A DNA stretch of 64,000 bases from a virus. Each line of letters starts with the position of its first letter. Within the stretch, counting starts at the first letter, position 1. The position numbers and the translations under genes are program-made. Shown piece by piece: positions 9,766-19,367 of this stretch. The notes beneath the pieces were generated by a model. It saw only the letters and a list, made by a program, of their open reading frames with translations, had not been told where the DNA came from and did not search any database. The stretch is taken from the IMG/VR virus record IMGVR_UViG_3300047472_000191, positions 60,940 through 124,939 of that record. One strand, written 5' to 3'.

Positions 9766-10227
9766 ATGGGTATGAGCCCCGTCTTCAAGCACGGTTCGCC
9801 GCAGACCTTCCAGGTCCTCAGCTCGGCTGCTGTTCGCGCGGGCCGTCTGGTGGAGTACGTCACCGAGTCCAGCACCACCAAGGTCCAGGAGGCCGGTGTC
9901 ACCTCCCTCAAGGTGGCCGGTGTCGCGATCGACGACGCGGTGGGCACTTCCACCCCGGGTGCGGACATCACCTACGGCACCGGCGTCACCCGACGCGCCT
10001 ACGACACCTCCACGATGGTCGACACCATCGGCGTCTCCACGTGCGGCGTCTGGAACCTGGTCGCGGGTGCGGCCGTCGCCGCGTTCGACGTCCTCAAGGC
10101 CGGTGCTGCGGGCACCGTCGTCACCTGGGTGTCCGGTACCGATTCACCGGCCGCCATCATCGGCATCGCGCAGGCCGCGATCTCCAACGGTGCCACCGGC
10201 CCCGTTTCGCTCCGTCTCGGCGTCTGA
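9766..10227 (+). CDS. Capsid decoration/cement protein
   Basis: VAGVAIDDA...IIGIAQAA pattern; lies between scaffold and major capsid genes. Confidence 0.7.
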   Translation: MGMSPVFKHGSPQTFQVLSSAAVRAGRLVEYVTESSTTKVQEAGVTSLKVAGVAIDDAVGTSTPGADITYGTGVTRRAYDTSTMVDTIGVSTCGVWNLVAGAAVAAFDVLKAGAAGTVVTWVSGTDSPAAIIGIAQAAISNGATGPVSLRLGV

Positions 10228-10268
10228 TCCGTCCGAGTCTGAACAGATCTAGAAAGGACGACTGAGAC

Positions 10269-11189
10269 ATGCCTCAGACCACTGTCGGAACCGTTTCTTC
10301 GAACGATGGCTTCCGCCTCACAGTCAACACGCTGCTCAAGCGGCCGACCGTCATCCGGGAGCGCATTCTCCGGCTGGCCGACCAGCAGTTCATCACCGAC
10401 ACGGTGTTACGCAAGGTGCAGGACGTTCCGTCCGGCGTCGTGCTGTACAACGAGTCGACTCCGCTGTACGCCAACGGCGGCCCGTCGGTCGTCGCGGAGG
10501 GCGGCGAGATTCCGCTGATCACGGCGAACCTCGGCATCGGCAAGGCGGCCCGTACCATCAAGCGCGCCTTCGGTATCGAGTTCACCGAGGAGATGCGTCG
10601 GCGCAACGACATGGACCGTGTCAACACGTCCATCGCGCAGGTCGTCAACTCCATGAAGGCCGCCTGGGAGGACGCGTTCCTCTCCGCCGCCATCGCGGGT
10701 CTCGCGTCGACCGCTTCGGGTACCGCGTGGGCGACCGCCACGGACGTCCGGTCCACTCTGGCGAACGCGATGCTGGCGATCCAGCTGGCCGACGCGGAGT
10801 CCACGGACCAGACTGGCGTGCAGAAGTTCGGGTTCGAGCCGGACACGCTGATTCTGCATCACGCGCGTGCGATGGACCTGGCGCTCAACTCCGACATGAA
10901 CAAGTACTTCACCGGTTCCGGCGCCCCGAACTCCGCGTACGCCGACAAGCTGACCCTCCCGGGCCTGCTGTTCGGTCAGTTCAAGGTCGTCAAGTCGTGG
11001 CGTGTCCCGACCAACTCGGCGATCCTCCTGGAGGCCGGGACGATCGGTGGCATCGCCGATGAGCGTGCGTTGGACGTGACGCCGCTGGAGCACAACAGCA
11101 CCAACGAAACGTGGCGCTGCAACGTGGTCCGCCAGTCCGCGATCTTCCTGGATCAGCCTAAGGCGGGACGCGTCATAACGGGTATCTAG
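10269..11189 (+). CDS. Major capsid protein
   Basis: 306 aa, VAEGGEIP motif, FGFEPDTLIL, synteny. Confidence 0.85.
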   Translation: MPQTTVGTVSSNDGFRLTVNTLLKRPTVIRERILRLADQQFITDTVLRKVQDVPSGVVLYNESTPLYANGGPSVVAEGGEIPLITANLGIGKAARTIKRAFGIEFTEEMRRRNDMDRVNTSIAQVVNSMKAAWEDAFLSAAIAGLASTASGTAWATATDVRSTLANAMLAIQLADAESTDQTGVQKFGFEPDTLILHHARAMDLALNSDMNKYFTGSGAPNSAYADKLTLPGLLFGQFKVVKSWRVPTNSAILLEAGTIGGIADERALDVTPLEHNSTNETWRCNVVRQSAIFLDQPKAGRVITGI

Positions 11190-11249
11190 CCCACAACGGA
11201 CAACACACACCTGGCACGGCGAATACACATCGAAGGAGTCATACCAGTC

Positions 11250-11549
11250 ATGGCAGAAGAGAACGTTCTGTTCCGGGTCACCCGGCCGAACACGTCGATC
11301 TTCCACCCGGACCGGTCGGTCAGCCTGCTTCCGGTGCAGACCGGCGGCGAGATCGAGCTTCCCCGGAAGACGGCGGACTACCACGTCCGTAACGGCGTCG
11401 GCGTGATCGTCGATGCGGCCGAGGACGCCCCGGAGAAGACCCCGGAGCCCGAGCAGGCCCCGGAGGCGCCCAAGGAGCCTGTGAAGGAGCCGGAGGCGCC
11501 CACGGCTCCGGTCAAGCGCGCCCCCGGGCGCCCGGCCAAGACCGCGTAA
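11250..11549 (+). CDS. Hypothetical head-associated protein
   Basis: AAGGAG RBS, Pro/Glu-rich tail, synteny. Confidence 0.65.
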   Translation: MAEENVLFRVTRPNTSIFHPDRSVSLLPVQTGGEIELPRKTADYHVRNGVGVIVDAAEDAPEKTPEPEQAPEAPKEPVKEPEAPTAPVKRAPGRPAKTA

Positions 11550-11573
11550 CACCAGTCAGAGGGGAGGGCCGTC

Positions 11574-12026
11574 ATGTCGTACGCCACGATTGCCAGCGTC
11601 AGGACGGCCCTCGCCGCTGGTGGCGTAGTAGACCCGACCAGCGCGACGTCGCTGTCCGATGCGGATCTTCAGGACAAGATCGATGAGGCGGATGCCCTGA
11701 TCGACGGGTATTTGACCGCCCGGTACGCGCTGCCGATCACCGGGACTGTCCCGCCCATCGTCCTCATGGTGTCGCGGGACCTTGCCGCGTCGTACGCCAC
11801 GATTACGTACCTGGGCAGCATTCCTCTCCAGCCGACGCATCCCGTGCAGATCAAAGCGGCCTCGGCCATGGCCACGCTGGAGAAGATCCGCACCGGGGAC
11901 ATCATGCTGTCCCTGCCGGGCGCCGGATCCGAGCAGCGCACCGACAACCCGGCGGTAGAGAACCTCTACGACGGGTCCATGTTCACGCTGGGCCAGTTCG
12001 ACTTGTCTCAGGACTGGGGCTGTTGA
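11574..12026 (+). CDS. Head-to-tail adaptor (Mu gp36-like)
   Basis: MSYAT...IDEADALIDGYLTARYALP. Confidence 0.8.
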   Translation: MSYATIASVRTALAAGGVVDPTSATSLSDADLQDKIDEADALIDGYLTARYALPITGTVPPIVLMVSRDLAASYATITYLGSIPLQPTHPVQIKAASAMATLEKIRTGDIMLSLPGAGSEQRTDNPAVENLYDGSMFTLGQFDLSQDWGC

Positions 12027-12472
12027 TGGGCTCGTTCACCGAGAATGCGGACGAGCTGATCCGGGCGACCGAGCACGACCTTGTGGGGTCGCTGACGGTG
12101 GACCAAATCTACGCACACTACCAAGAAGTGGGCGATTCGTTCAATCACCCCCAGGGCGGTATTGCGCGTGCCCTCGCCACGGGGCTCCTCAACAAATACC
12201 CCGAGATCGTACGCAAGCTGGCAGACGCTGTTCTCGACGGCCGGGAAGCCATGCAGCAAGCCATGATCGACGGCATGGAAGCCCTGAACCTGGAGTACTA
12301 CGAGCTGGCCCCGCGCGAGTTCCACGACCTGCGGGCTTCCGGATCCCCCGAGGTCATGGAGGGCGAAGAGCAGGTGTACCACCGGCCTCCGAACGTCCAC
12401 CGGCTCTCCGAGGAGGAGCTACGGGCGAAGCAGGAGCTGAGGGCATTGGGGATCTTCGGTGCTGACTTCTGA
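12026..12472 (+). CDS. Neck/tail completion protein
   Basis: YAHYQE...HPQGG motif, coupled start, synteny. Confidence 0.6.
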   Translation: MGSFTENADELIRATEHDLVGSLTVDQIYAHYQEVGDSFNHPQGGIARALATGLLNKYPEIVRKLADAVLDGREAMQQAMIDGMEALNLEYYELAPREFHDLRASGSPEVMEGEEQVYHRPPNVHRLSEEELRAKQELRALGIFGADF

Positions 12473-12905
12473 CTTCATCGCCTGGCTGGCTGCGCAGGAG
12501 ATCAACGGCGAACCCATGCCGGTGATCTACCAGGGCCCGAACGGGCCGGGTGCGGAACCCCGGGAACACATCGTGGTCACCCCGGTCCCGGGCGGCGGCA
12601 TGCAGGTGGACGGGCACATCGAGCAGCGGGTGTTCCAGATCAAAACCGTAGGCACGATGGGGCTGAATTCCCGGAACTGGAACGACGTCTTTTCTAAGAC
12701 GGAAGACCTGGCCCAGCGTATCGACAAGCTCATCATGAATACGTGGCGGCCGGTGATCGGCGGGGAACAGGTTGTGTACATGTCCCGTTTCGGTACCCGG
12801 GTACGGCAGGGCGGCCCGTCCGGGCAGCCTATCGACAACGCCAACCGTCCGGCTTTCCAGACTATGTATGTAGTCGAGGCCGAGTCCAACATCTACGACG
12901 ACTGA
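12459..12905 (+). CDS. Tail terminator-like protein
   Basis: Synteny; FQIKTVG...IDNANRP pattern. Confidence 0.6.
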   Translation: MLTSDFIAWLAAQEINGEPMPVIYQGPNGPGAEPREHIVVTPVPGGGMQVDGHIEQRVFQIKTVGTMGLNSRNWNDVFSKTEDLAQRIDKLIMNTWRPVIGGEQVVYMSRFGTRVRQGGPSGQPIDNANRPAFQTMYVVEAESNIYDD

Positions 12906-12914
12906 GGAAACGCC

Positions 12915-13166
12915 ATGGCAGACGACAAGACCCCGGAAAAGACGGCCCCGAAGACCGCTGTGGCGCGAGCCCAGGCACCGGCTCCCGAGCCTGCGCCGGA
13001 ACCCCTGGTGTTTCTCTACCTGGGGCAACCCCACACCAGTTTCGAACTGTCCGGGATGGGTCTGGCCGACCTCGTTCCCGAGGGGACAGCGTATTCCCCG
13101 AAGGACGCCGACATGGTTCGGATGATGTGCCTCAAGTACGGGATCCGTTACTCCGAAGGGGAGTAA
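12915..13166 (+). CDS. Hypothetical protein
   Basis: GAGG RBS, codon bias. Confidence 0.6.
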   Translation: MADDKTPEKTAPKTAVARAQAPAPEPAPEPLVFLYLGQPHTSFELSGMGLADLVPEGTAYSPKDADMVRMMCLKYGIRYSEGE

Positions 13167-13310
13167 ATAGCCCGTCGTCGACAACCGTGATCCGGGTCCT
13201 TATACTTGCCACTGGCAGGCTTTTAAGGTCCGGGCGTAAGGCCGAATTGCCGTAATCACGGGCCAAGAAAACGCCCCTTCCCGAAGGAACGGGAAGGGCT
13301 ATCGAAGGAA

Positions 13311-13904
13311 GTGATTACTATTCCCGGCAGCATAAACCCGAAGAACGTTGTCGTCGGCGTAGCGTCGGCCTGGATTCAGCCGTACGACCCGAGCGTTCCG
13401 GCTCTCCTGCCTGCGGTCACCATCGCCAAGGGTGCGGACTGGGGCGGCAACTGGCAGAACCTCGGCGCCACCGACCAGGGCTGGAAGCTCCAGATCGGTA
13501 CGTCCACCAAGTCGATCACGATCGAAGAGCAGTCCACACCCGCTCTCGTCATGGCCGACAACCACAGCTACCAGGTGACCGGTGACCTCGCCGAGGACAC
13601 CCTCCAGCACGCCTTATGGGCGTACGGCGGCGGCCAGCTGGTCACCACGGCGGCGGCGTCCGGCGTCCCCGGCTACCAGACCCTGAGCCTCCAGGACAAC
13701 CTGAACTACTGGGCGATCGGCCTGGAGACCATCAACGTGCAGGGCTTCTGGCGCCGGTACCTGATCCCTCAGGGCGTCGTCGGCACCAACGTGGACACCT
13801 CGTTCCGCCGGTCCAACGAGAAGCGCATGTACTCCTTCCAGTTCGAAGGCACCTGCGCCCCGTCCCAGCTCGTCATCCAAGAGATGGTGGCCGCTGCACT
13901 TTAG
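13311..13904 (+). CDS. Major tail protein
   Basis: WQNLGATDQG motif; precedes chaperone and tape measure genes. Confidence 0.8.
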   Translation: MITIPGSINPKNVVVGVASAWIQPYDPSVPALLPAVTIAKGADWGGNWQNLGATDQGWKLQIGTSTKSITIEEQSTPALVMADNHSYQVTGDLAEDTLQHALWAYGGGQLVTTAAASGVPGYQTLSLQDNLNYWAIGLETINVQGFWRRYLIPQGVVGTNVDTSFRRSNEKRMYSFQFEGTCAPSQLVIQEMVAAAL

Positions 13905-13955
13905 TGCTGTACACGTCAAGTTCTACTCACCCGGCACAGCGAGAAAGGTTTCACC

Positions 13956-14342
13956 ATGGCATTCGTTGCTCACGAGGCGATCGAGCCGCTCGACTACGAT
14001 TTCACGCACTTCATGGACGGTTCCGAGGCGAAGGGGACCGTGCCGGAGCCGAGCCAGCAGGCCATGGCGGGGTACCGCAAGGCCGTTCTGGCGGTCGTCC
14101 GCGACTACAAGGACGTTCAGGACGTCGACCCGGACACGTTAAGCAACGACGAGCTTGACCGGATCACCGACCGCGCCGAGGAGCTGGAGAAGCGCATGGA
14201 CGAGCTGACGGCCCGTCTCTGCAAGAACACTCCGTCCGTGGAGACGCTCAGCAAGCTGCCGTGGCGCCACAAGGTGATGTTCTCGAAGTGGCTCCAGGAG
14301 CAGTTCAACCCGGGAAAATTGACGGGCGTTACGAAGGACTGA
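13956..14342 (+). CDS. Tail assembly chaperone (short form)
   Basis: Synteny; slippery G GGA AAA at 14312-14318. Confidence 0.8.
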   Translation: MAFVAHEAIEPLDYDFTHFMDGSEAKGTVPEPSQQAMAGYRKAVLAVVRDYKDVQDVDPDTLSNDELDRITDRAEELEKRMDELTARLCKNTPSVETLSKLPWRHKVMFSKWLQEQFNPGKLTGVTKD

Positions 14343-14551
14343 CTGGGGGAGAGGACCAGCGGCGTCTGTATTACACGCTGCTGAAACTCTTCCACGTCAC
14401 CCGGCAGCAATGGGATGCAATGCCCTGGCATGATCAGCGGATGTACATCGAACAGCTGAACAAGGATCCCGAGTACAACGAGGACGGGGAATCCGGCGGG
14501 TCAGATGCGCAGGAACTGACTAGCTGGGACGACCTTCCTCCGGGGGCCTAA
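14312..14551 (+). CDS. Tail assembly chaperone, -1 frameshift extension
   Basis: The -1 frame after GGGAAAA is open to 14551 (..IDGRYEGL..WDAMPWHDQRMYI..). Confidence 0.75.
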   Translation, partial: GKIDGRYEGLTGGEDQRRLYYTLLKLFHVTRQQWDAMPWHDQRMYIEQLNKDPEYNEDGESGGSDAQELTSWDDLPPGA

Positions 14552-14707
14552 TAAGACTCGCCGTGCCGGGTGGAGACCGCAGGGCCGAAGCTGTAAAAGG
14601 CTTCGGCCCTGCGGGCATTCTAGGCTCTGGCTAATCGCCCCTTTTAGCAGGTAATCTTGGAATCTGCAACGCAATGCGGGTCAAGGGGATGATGAGAGGG
14701 AGCGCCA

Positions 14708-17700
14708 GTGTCCGGAACGTATTCGGCCGGAGACATCGAAGCCTCCCTCAAGTTAGACAGGTCTGAGTTCAACCGGGAACTCACGCAGGCCAAGCGGGAT
14801 GCTGAGGATTTCCAGAAGCAGACCTACAAGCCGAGGGTTTCCCTGGATGATACCGAGGCCAAGACAAAAATCCAGGCGCTCAAGGACGAACTCCAGAGCC
14901 TTCACAACATCACGGTCTCTGCCGCGTTATCGGGTTTCGACTCTGCCAGCACCCACTTAGCGGCCCTCCAGGCGCAAGCCGACCACCTCAATGGCATGGT
15001 CATCACGATTTATGCCGACGTGGACACGACGGCGGCAGCAGCCTCTCTCACCGCACTGCGGGCAGCCGCCAGTGACAACATCACCATCCATGCGGACGTG
15101 GACACGCGGGTAGCTGCGGCGTCTCTTGCACGTTTGCGTGCGGCTGCTGCCGACCCCATCAACATCCCCACTGGGGGCGGGGATCCTGGCGGTCCTGCAC
15201 CAAGGCCTCGCCCTGGTGTCCCCGATGGGGATGATGAGAGGAACCGGAAGCTCAAGGACCCGTTCAAGATCCCGGGGGCGCTGTTCAGCCTTCCGGGGCT
15301 CATTGCCTCTGTTCTGCCTCAGCTCCCGGCCCTGACGACCCTGCTGGGCGGTGCTACGGCTGCGGTGGTCTCGTTCGGTGTCGCGGCGGGCGGTGCCCTC
15401 GGTGTGTACGGCGCCGCGACCATGGGCGCGGTCAAGCAGGCGACGGCACACAAGAAGGCCGTGGAGTCCACGGGCAAGGCGCTTGAGGCGGCCCAGGCAC
15501 GGCTGGCTGGGACCACGGCCGGTACGGCTGCGTACACGAACGCTCTGAAGGCGGTCACGGAGGCGGAGAAGGCGCACAAGGAGGCGCTCAAGGATCTGAC
15601 TCCGGCGGAGAAGCAGTTCACTGACTCCCTGAACGGTGTACAGACTGCCTGGCAGTCGTTCATCAAGTCCACCGAGGTGTACACGCTCAAGCCGGTTGCG
15701 ACCGTCCTGGACGGGGCGAAAGCCGCGCTGCCTCAGCTCATCCCTCTGGTCAAGGATCTCGCCCCCGCTTTCCAGAGCGTGGCCGTGGCCATGAAGAACT
15801 GGCTGAGTGGCGACGGTCTGCACCGGTTCGTCTACTTCCTCCGGACTACTGGTGTGCCGATCGTGCTCCACATGATCGCCGGGTTCCGGACGTTCATGGC
15901 GGCAGGCGGTGCGCTTATGCGCGCGTTCGGGCCGATTGCAGTAAAAATGTCCGAGTACTTCGAGACACTGGGCAAAAAATCGGAGGCGTGGGCACAGGGC
16001 GGGGGAGTGCTCCGGTTCCGCGATCACTTCTTTGAGGCCTGGCACCAGCTCAAGCCGATTTTCAGTGAGCTGATCACCCTCGTCGGGCACATCTGGGAGA
16101 TCCTTCAGGGGACCGGCAGCCCCAACGCGAACGCTCTCGTAGGTGTGCTGCACGGGCTGAACACGGCCATCGGGAACCTTCAGCCCGCAGCGGTGAAGTC
16201 TCTGGGCGAGATCTTCCAGTCCATCAGCGACGTGGCGATCCAGCTGGCTCCGGTCATCGGGATCACGTCCAAGGCGATCGTCGACATCATCAACGTGCTG
16301 CCGCCCGGGACGATCCGGGCTATCGCGGACGCCATGATCGCGTGGAAGCTGGCCGTCCTCGGATGGAATGCCGCCATTGCGGCCTGGGCCTTCCTCACCT
16401 CGATTATCGCAGGCCTGACGCTGGCCTGGCGCACCCTCAGTTTTGTTTTCGCGGCTTCTCCGATCGGTGTCATTGTCACGGGCCTTATCCTGCTTGTCGG
16501 GATCATTGTCCTGATCGCCACGAAGACCACCTGGTTCCAGACACTTTGGAAATACACCTGGGAAGGCATAAAAATTGCCGCCCACGCTGTATGGGTCAAC
16601 GTGTTGCAACCTACTTTCCATGGGATTTGGGTTGGCCTCCAGGAAATCGGCAAATGGGGTGTATGGCTGTGGAACAACGCCCTTAAACCGGCATGGAACG
16701 GGATCGCCAGCGGCGCTTCCTGGCTATGGGGCTACCTCAAGCCGGTGCTTGTGGGCATCGGAAACGCATTCATGCTGGTCGGCAAGGTCATCTGGATTTT
16801 CTGGTCCACCTACGCCAAGGTCGTCTTCATTATTTTCGAAGCGGCTATCAAGGCGCTCTGGCTGTACGTCCTCAAACCGGTGTTCGGGTGGATCGCCGCA
16901 GGCTGGCACGCCCTGGGTACGGGCGTGATGTGGGTCTGGCATCACCTGCTCAAGCCTGCCTGGGACCTGGTGGTCGCCGGAGCCATTTACGTGTGGAACC
17001 ACGGCGTCAAGCCCGCCATCGGGTGGATCACCGCAGGCTGGCATGCCGTGGGTGACGGCGTGATGTGGGTGTGGCGGCACCTGCTCAAGCCTGCCTGGGA
17101 CATGGTGTCGGATGGTGCCACCAAGCTGTGGAAAAACTACATTTCGCCGGTATTCAACGGAATCAAGAACACCATCAGCGACAAGTGGGACTGGATCAAG
17201 GCGCACGTATTCAGCCCGATGGGTGATTTCTTCACCAAGAAGATCCCCGGCTGGGCCGACACGATGAAGGGCAAACTGGTCACCGCCTTCGATACCGCTT
17301 GGAAGGGTATTCAGAAGGTCTGGGACAACGTCAAAAAGGCGATCGGGTCGCCTATCTACCTGGTCGCGAAGTACGTCTGGAATGACGCGATTTACGGGAT
17401 CATGGACAAGATCTCCGGATTCGTGCACCAGAAGAACCCGCTCGGGAAAATCCCGCTGGACAACATCCCGCACTTCGCAGCCGGTGGCCCGGTACGGGGA
17501 GGTACCCCCGGCAAGGACTCCGTGCTGTCCATGCTGATGCCCGACGAGCACGTCCTCACCCGCGAGGACGTCGCAGCCATGGGTGGTCAGCACGCCGTGG
17601 CTCGCTTCCGTTCCGCCCTGCACGGCGGCGCCCCTGTCCAAGGCGCCAACAACACGGGCCACTTCGGCATCGGCGGCTGGATCGGCGACGCAGGCTCCGC

Positions 17701-19366
17701 CCTGGCCGGGACTGTCAGCAAGGGCCTGGGCGTACTCAAGGACGCCGTCCTGGGGGCTGTCGGGGTCGTGGTTAACCCGCTTCTGAACGCCGCCGAGAAG
17801 ACCGTCGACAAGCTCATCCCAGCCAACGGCGGCTGGGAAAACCTGGCCAACGGAACGTTGAAGCAGCCGATCGAATGGATCAAGGGCTTCATCAACAAGG
17901 AAGACAAGAAGGCCCAATCCGTCGGCGGCGTCATCCCGGCCGGACAGCACCTCGCGATCATCGACGCAGCCCTGAAGGCTGCGGGAGCCCCTCCGCCCGG
18001 AACTAAGGAGCAGTGGGAAGCCGGGATGAACACGCTGATTCAGCGTGAGTCCGGGTGGAACGCCTCCGCCATCAACAACTGGGACTCCAACGCGAAGGCC
18101 GGGCACCCCTCGCAGGGTCTGACGCAGACGATCCCGTCCACGTTCAACGCCTACGTTCCGCCAGCGCTGCGGAGCCTGGGCATCCTCAACCCGATTGCCA
18201 ACGTCGCGGCCTCCGTCCGCTACATCAAGTCCGTGTACGGCGGCATCCAGAACGTTCAGCAGGCCAACGCCAACAAGGCCCCCAAGGGCTACTGGACCGG
18301 TACCTCTGGGGCCGCTCCGGGTATGGCCTGGGTCGGTGAGCGCGGTCCCGAGCTGATCGACTTCCACGGCGGGGAGACGGTCTACAACAACGGCGACTCG
18401 ATGCGCATGCTGCGTTCCGGGCTGCTCGGGGGCCTGCACGGCTACGCCTCCGGTACCGCGAAGCAGCGGTCCACCGTGCGCCGGACTTACCACGAACTGG
18501 ACAGCGACACGGCCCGGCGCAACGCCGCACAGAAGGCCTACAACGCGGCGCACACGAAGTACCTGAACGCGACCACGGCCAAGGAGCAGCAGGCCGCGCG
18601 CAAGGAGATGGACAAGTACCAGAAGCGGATCGACAACGCGAACAAGGAGATCGCGGCCGACAACAAGTTGATCAAGCTGCACGACAAGAAGTACAAGGCC
18701 GCCTCGGATGCCGTCCGCCGGGAGCGGGCCGATGCTGCGGCTCTGGCGGCTGCTCGCAAGAAGAAGCGGGACGCACAGATCTCTGCGGCCCGGACGGCGG
18801 CGCAGAACTTCATCAACAACGCGAAGGCCAAGATCGACGCGAAGCTCCAGGTGGCGACCGATGCCCGCAACGGGTATTACGACGCGGCGAAGCAGAGCGG
18901 ACAGCTGACCAACCTGACGGGCAACCGGGCGGCCGGGTTCACCCAGCAGCTTCAGGCGAAAATCACTGCAATCAAGAACTTCCAGGCAAACCTGCACAAG
19001 CTGGCTACTCTCGGCCTCTCGCAGGGGGTTATCCAGCAGATCGCGGCCATGGGGGCGGACCAGGGCGGGGCGCTGGCTCAGTCGCTTGCCCGGACGACGA
19101 CGGCGGCCGATGCGAAGGGTCTCAACGCGAAGTACGCGGAGCTGGACAAGGTGGCAGGGCAGTACGCGGATTCGGCTGCGAATGACGGGTACGGTCTGAG
19201 TTCCCTAAAGGCCCAGTCAGCAGTTCTTTCCAAGACGAAGATTACGGTAACGGCGCCGAATACGATCATGGTTACTATTGACGGAAAGACCTTCAAGGCC
19301 CACACCGAAAAGGTTGTTGAATCGAAGGTGACCGAGATCGTGGACAAGGCTGGAAAGAAGAAGTGA
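14708..19366 (+). CDS. Tape measure protein with lytic transglycosylase domain
   Basis: 1552 aa, Trp-periodic repeats, IQRESGWNASAINNWDSN..SQGLTQTIPSTF. Confidence 0.92.
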   Translation: MSGTYSAGDIEASLKLDRSEFNRELTQAKRDAEDFQKQTYKPRVSLDDTEAKTKIQALKDELQSLHNITVSAALSGFDSASTHLAALQAQADHLNGMVITIYADVDTTAAAASLTALRAAASDNITIHADVDTRVAAASLARLRAAAADPINIPTGGGDPGGPAPRPRPGVPDGDDERNRKLKDPFKIPGALFSLPGLIASVLPQLPALTTLLGGATAAVVSFGVAAGGALGVYGAATMGAVKQATAHKKAVESTGKALEAAQARLAGTTAGTAAYTNALKAVTEAEKAHKEALKDLTPAEKQFTDSLNGVQTAWQSFIKSTEVYTLKPVATVLDGAKAALPQLIPLVKDLAPAFQSVAVAMKNWLSGDGLHRFVYFLRTTGVPIVLHMIAGFRTFMAAGGALMRAFGPIAVKMSEYFETLGKKSEAWAQGGGVLRFRDHFFEAWHQLKPIFSELITLVGHIWEILQGTGSPNANALVGVLHGLNTAIGNLQPAAVKSLGEIFQSISDVAIQLAPVIGITSKAIVDIINVLPPGTIRAIADAMIAWKLAVLGWNAAIAAWAFLTSIIAGLTLAWRTLSFVFAASPIGVIVTGLILLVGIIVLIATKTTWFQTLWKYTWEGIKIAAHAVWVNVLQPTFHGIWVGLQEIGKWGVWLWNNALKPAWNGIASGASWLWGYLKPVLVGIGNAFMLVGKVIWIFWSTYAKVVFIIFEAAIKALWLYVLKPVFGWIAAGWHALGTGVMWVWHHLLKPAWDLVVAGAIYVWNHGVKPAIGWITAGWHAVGDGVMWVWRHLLKPAWDMVSDGATKLWKNYISPVFNGIKNTISDKWDWIKAHVFSPMGDFFTKKIPGWADTMKGKLVTAFDTAWKGIQKVWDNVKKAIGSPIYLVAKYVWNDAIYGIMDKISGFVHQKNPLGKIPLDNIPHFAAGGPVRGGTPGKDSVLSMLMPDEHVLTREDVAAMGGQHAVARFRSALHGGAPVQGANNTGHFGIGGWIGDAGSALAGTVSKGLGVLKDAVLGAVGVVVNPLLNAAEKTVDKLIPANGGWENLANGTLKQPIEWIKGFINKEDKKAQSVGGVIPAGQHLAIIDAALKAAGAPPPGTKEQWEAGMNTLIQRESGWNASAINNWDSNAKAGHPSQGLTQTIPSTFNAYVPPALRSLGILNPIANVAASVRYIKSVYGGIQNVQQANANKAPKGYWTGTSGAAPGMAWVGERGPELIDFHGGETVYNNGDSMRMLRSGLLGGLHGYASGTAKQRSTVRRTYHELDSDTARRNAAQKAYNAAHTKYLNATTAKEQQAARKEMDKYQKRIDNANKEIAADNKLIKLHDKKYKAASDAVRRERADAAALAAARKKKRDAQISAARTAAQNFINNAKAKIDAKLQVATDARNGYYDAAKQSGQLTNLTGNRAAGFTQQLQAKITAIKNFQANLHKLATLGLSQGVIQQIAAMGADQGGALAQSLARTTTAADAKGLNAKYAELDKVAGQYADSAANDGYGLSSLKAQSAVLSKTKITVTAPNTIMVTIDGKTFKAHTEKVVESKVTEIVDKAGKKK

Positions 19367-19367
19367 T

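Noticed and set aside
16724-18997. 757-aa minus-strand ORF (also 14957-16621, 35173-36900 and 51679-53196)
   Set aside because: Shadow ORFs opposite well-supported genes, as expected at high GC
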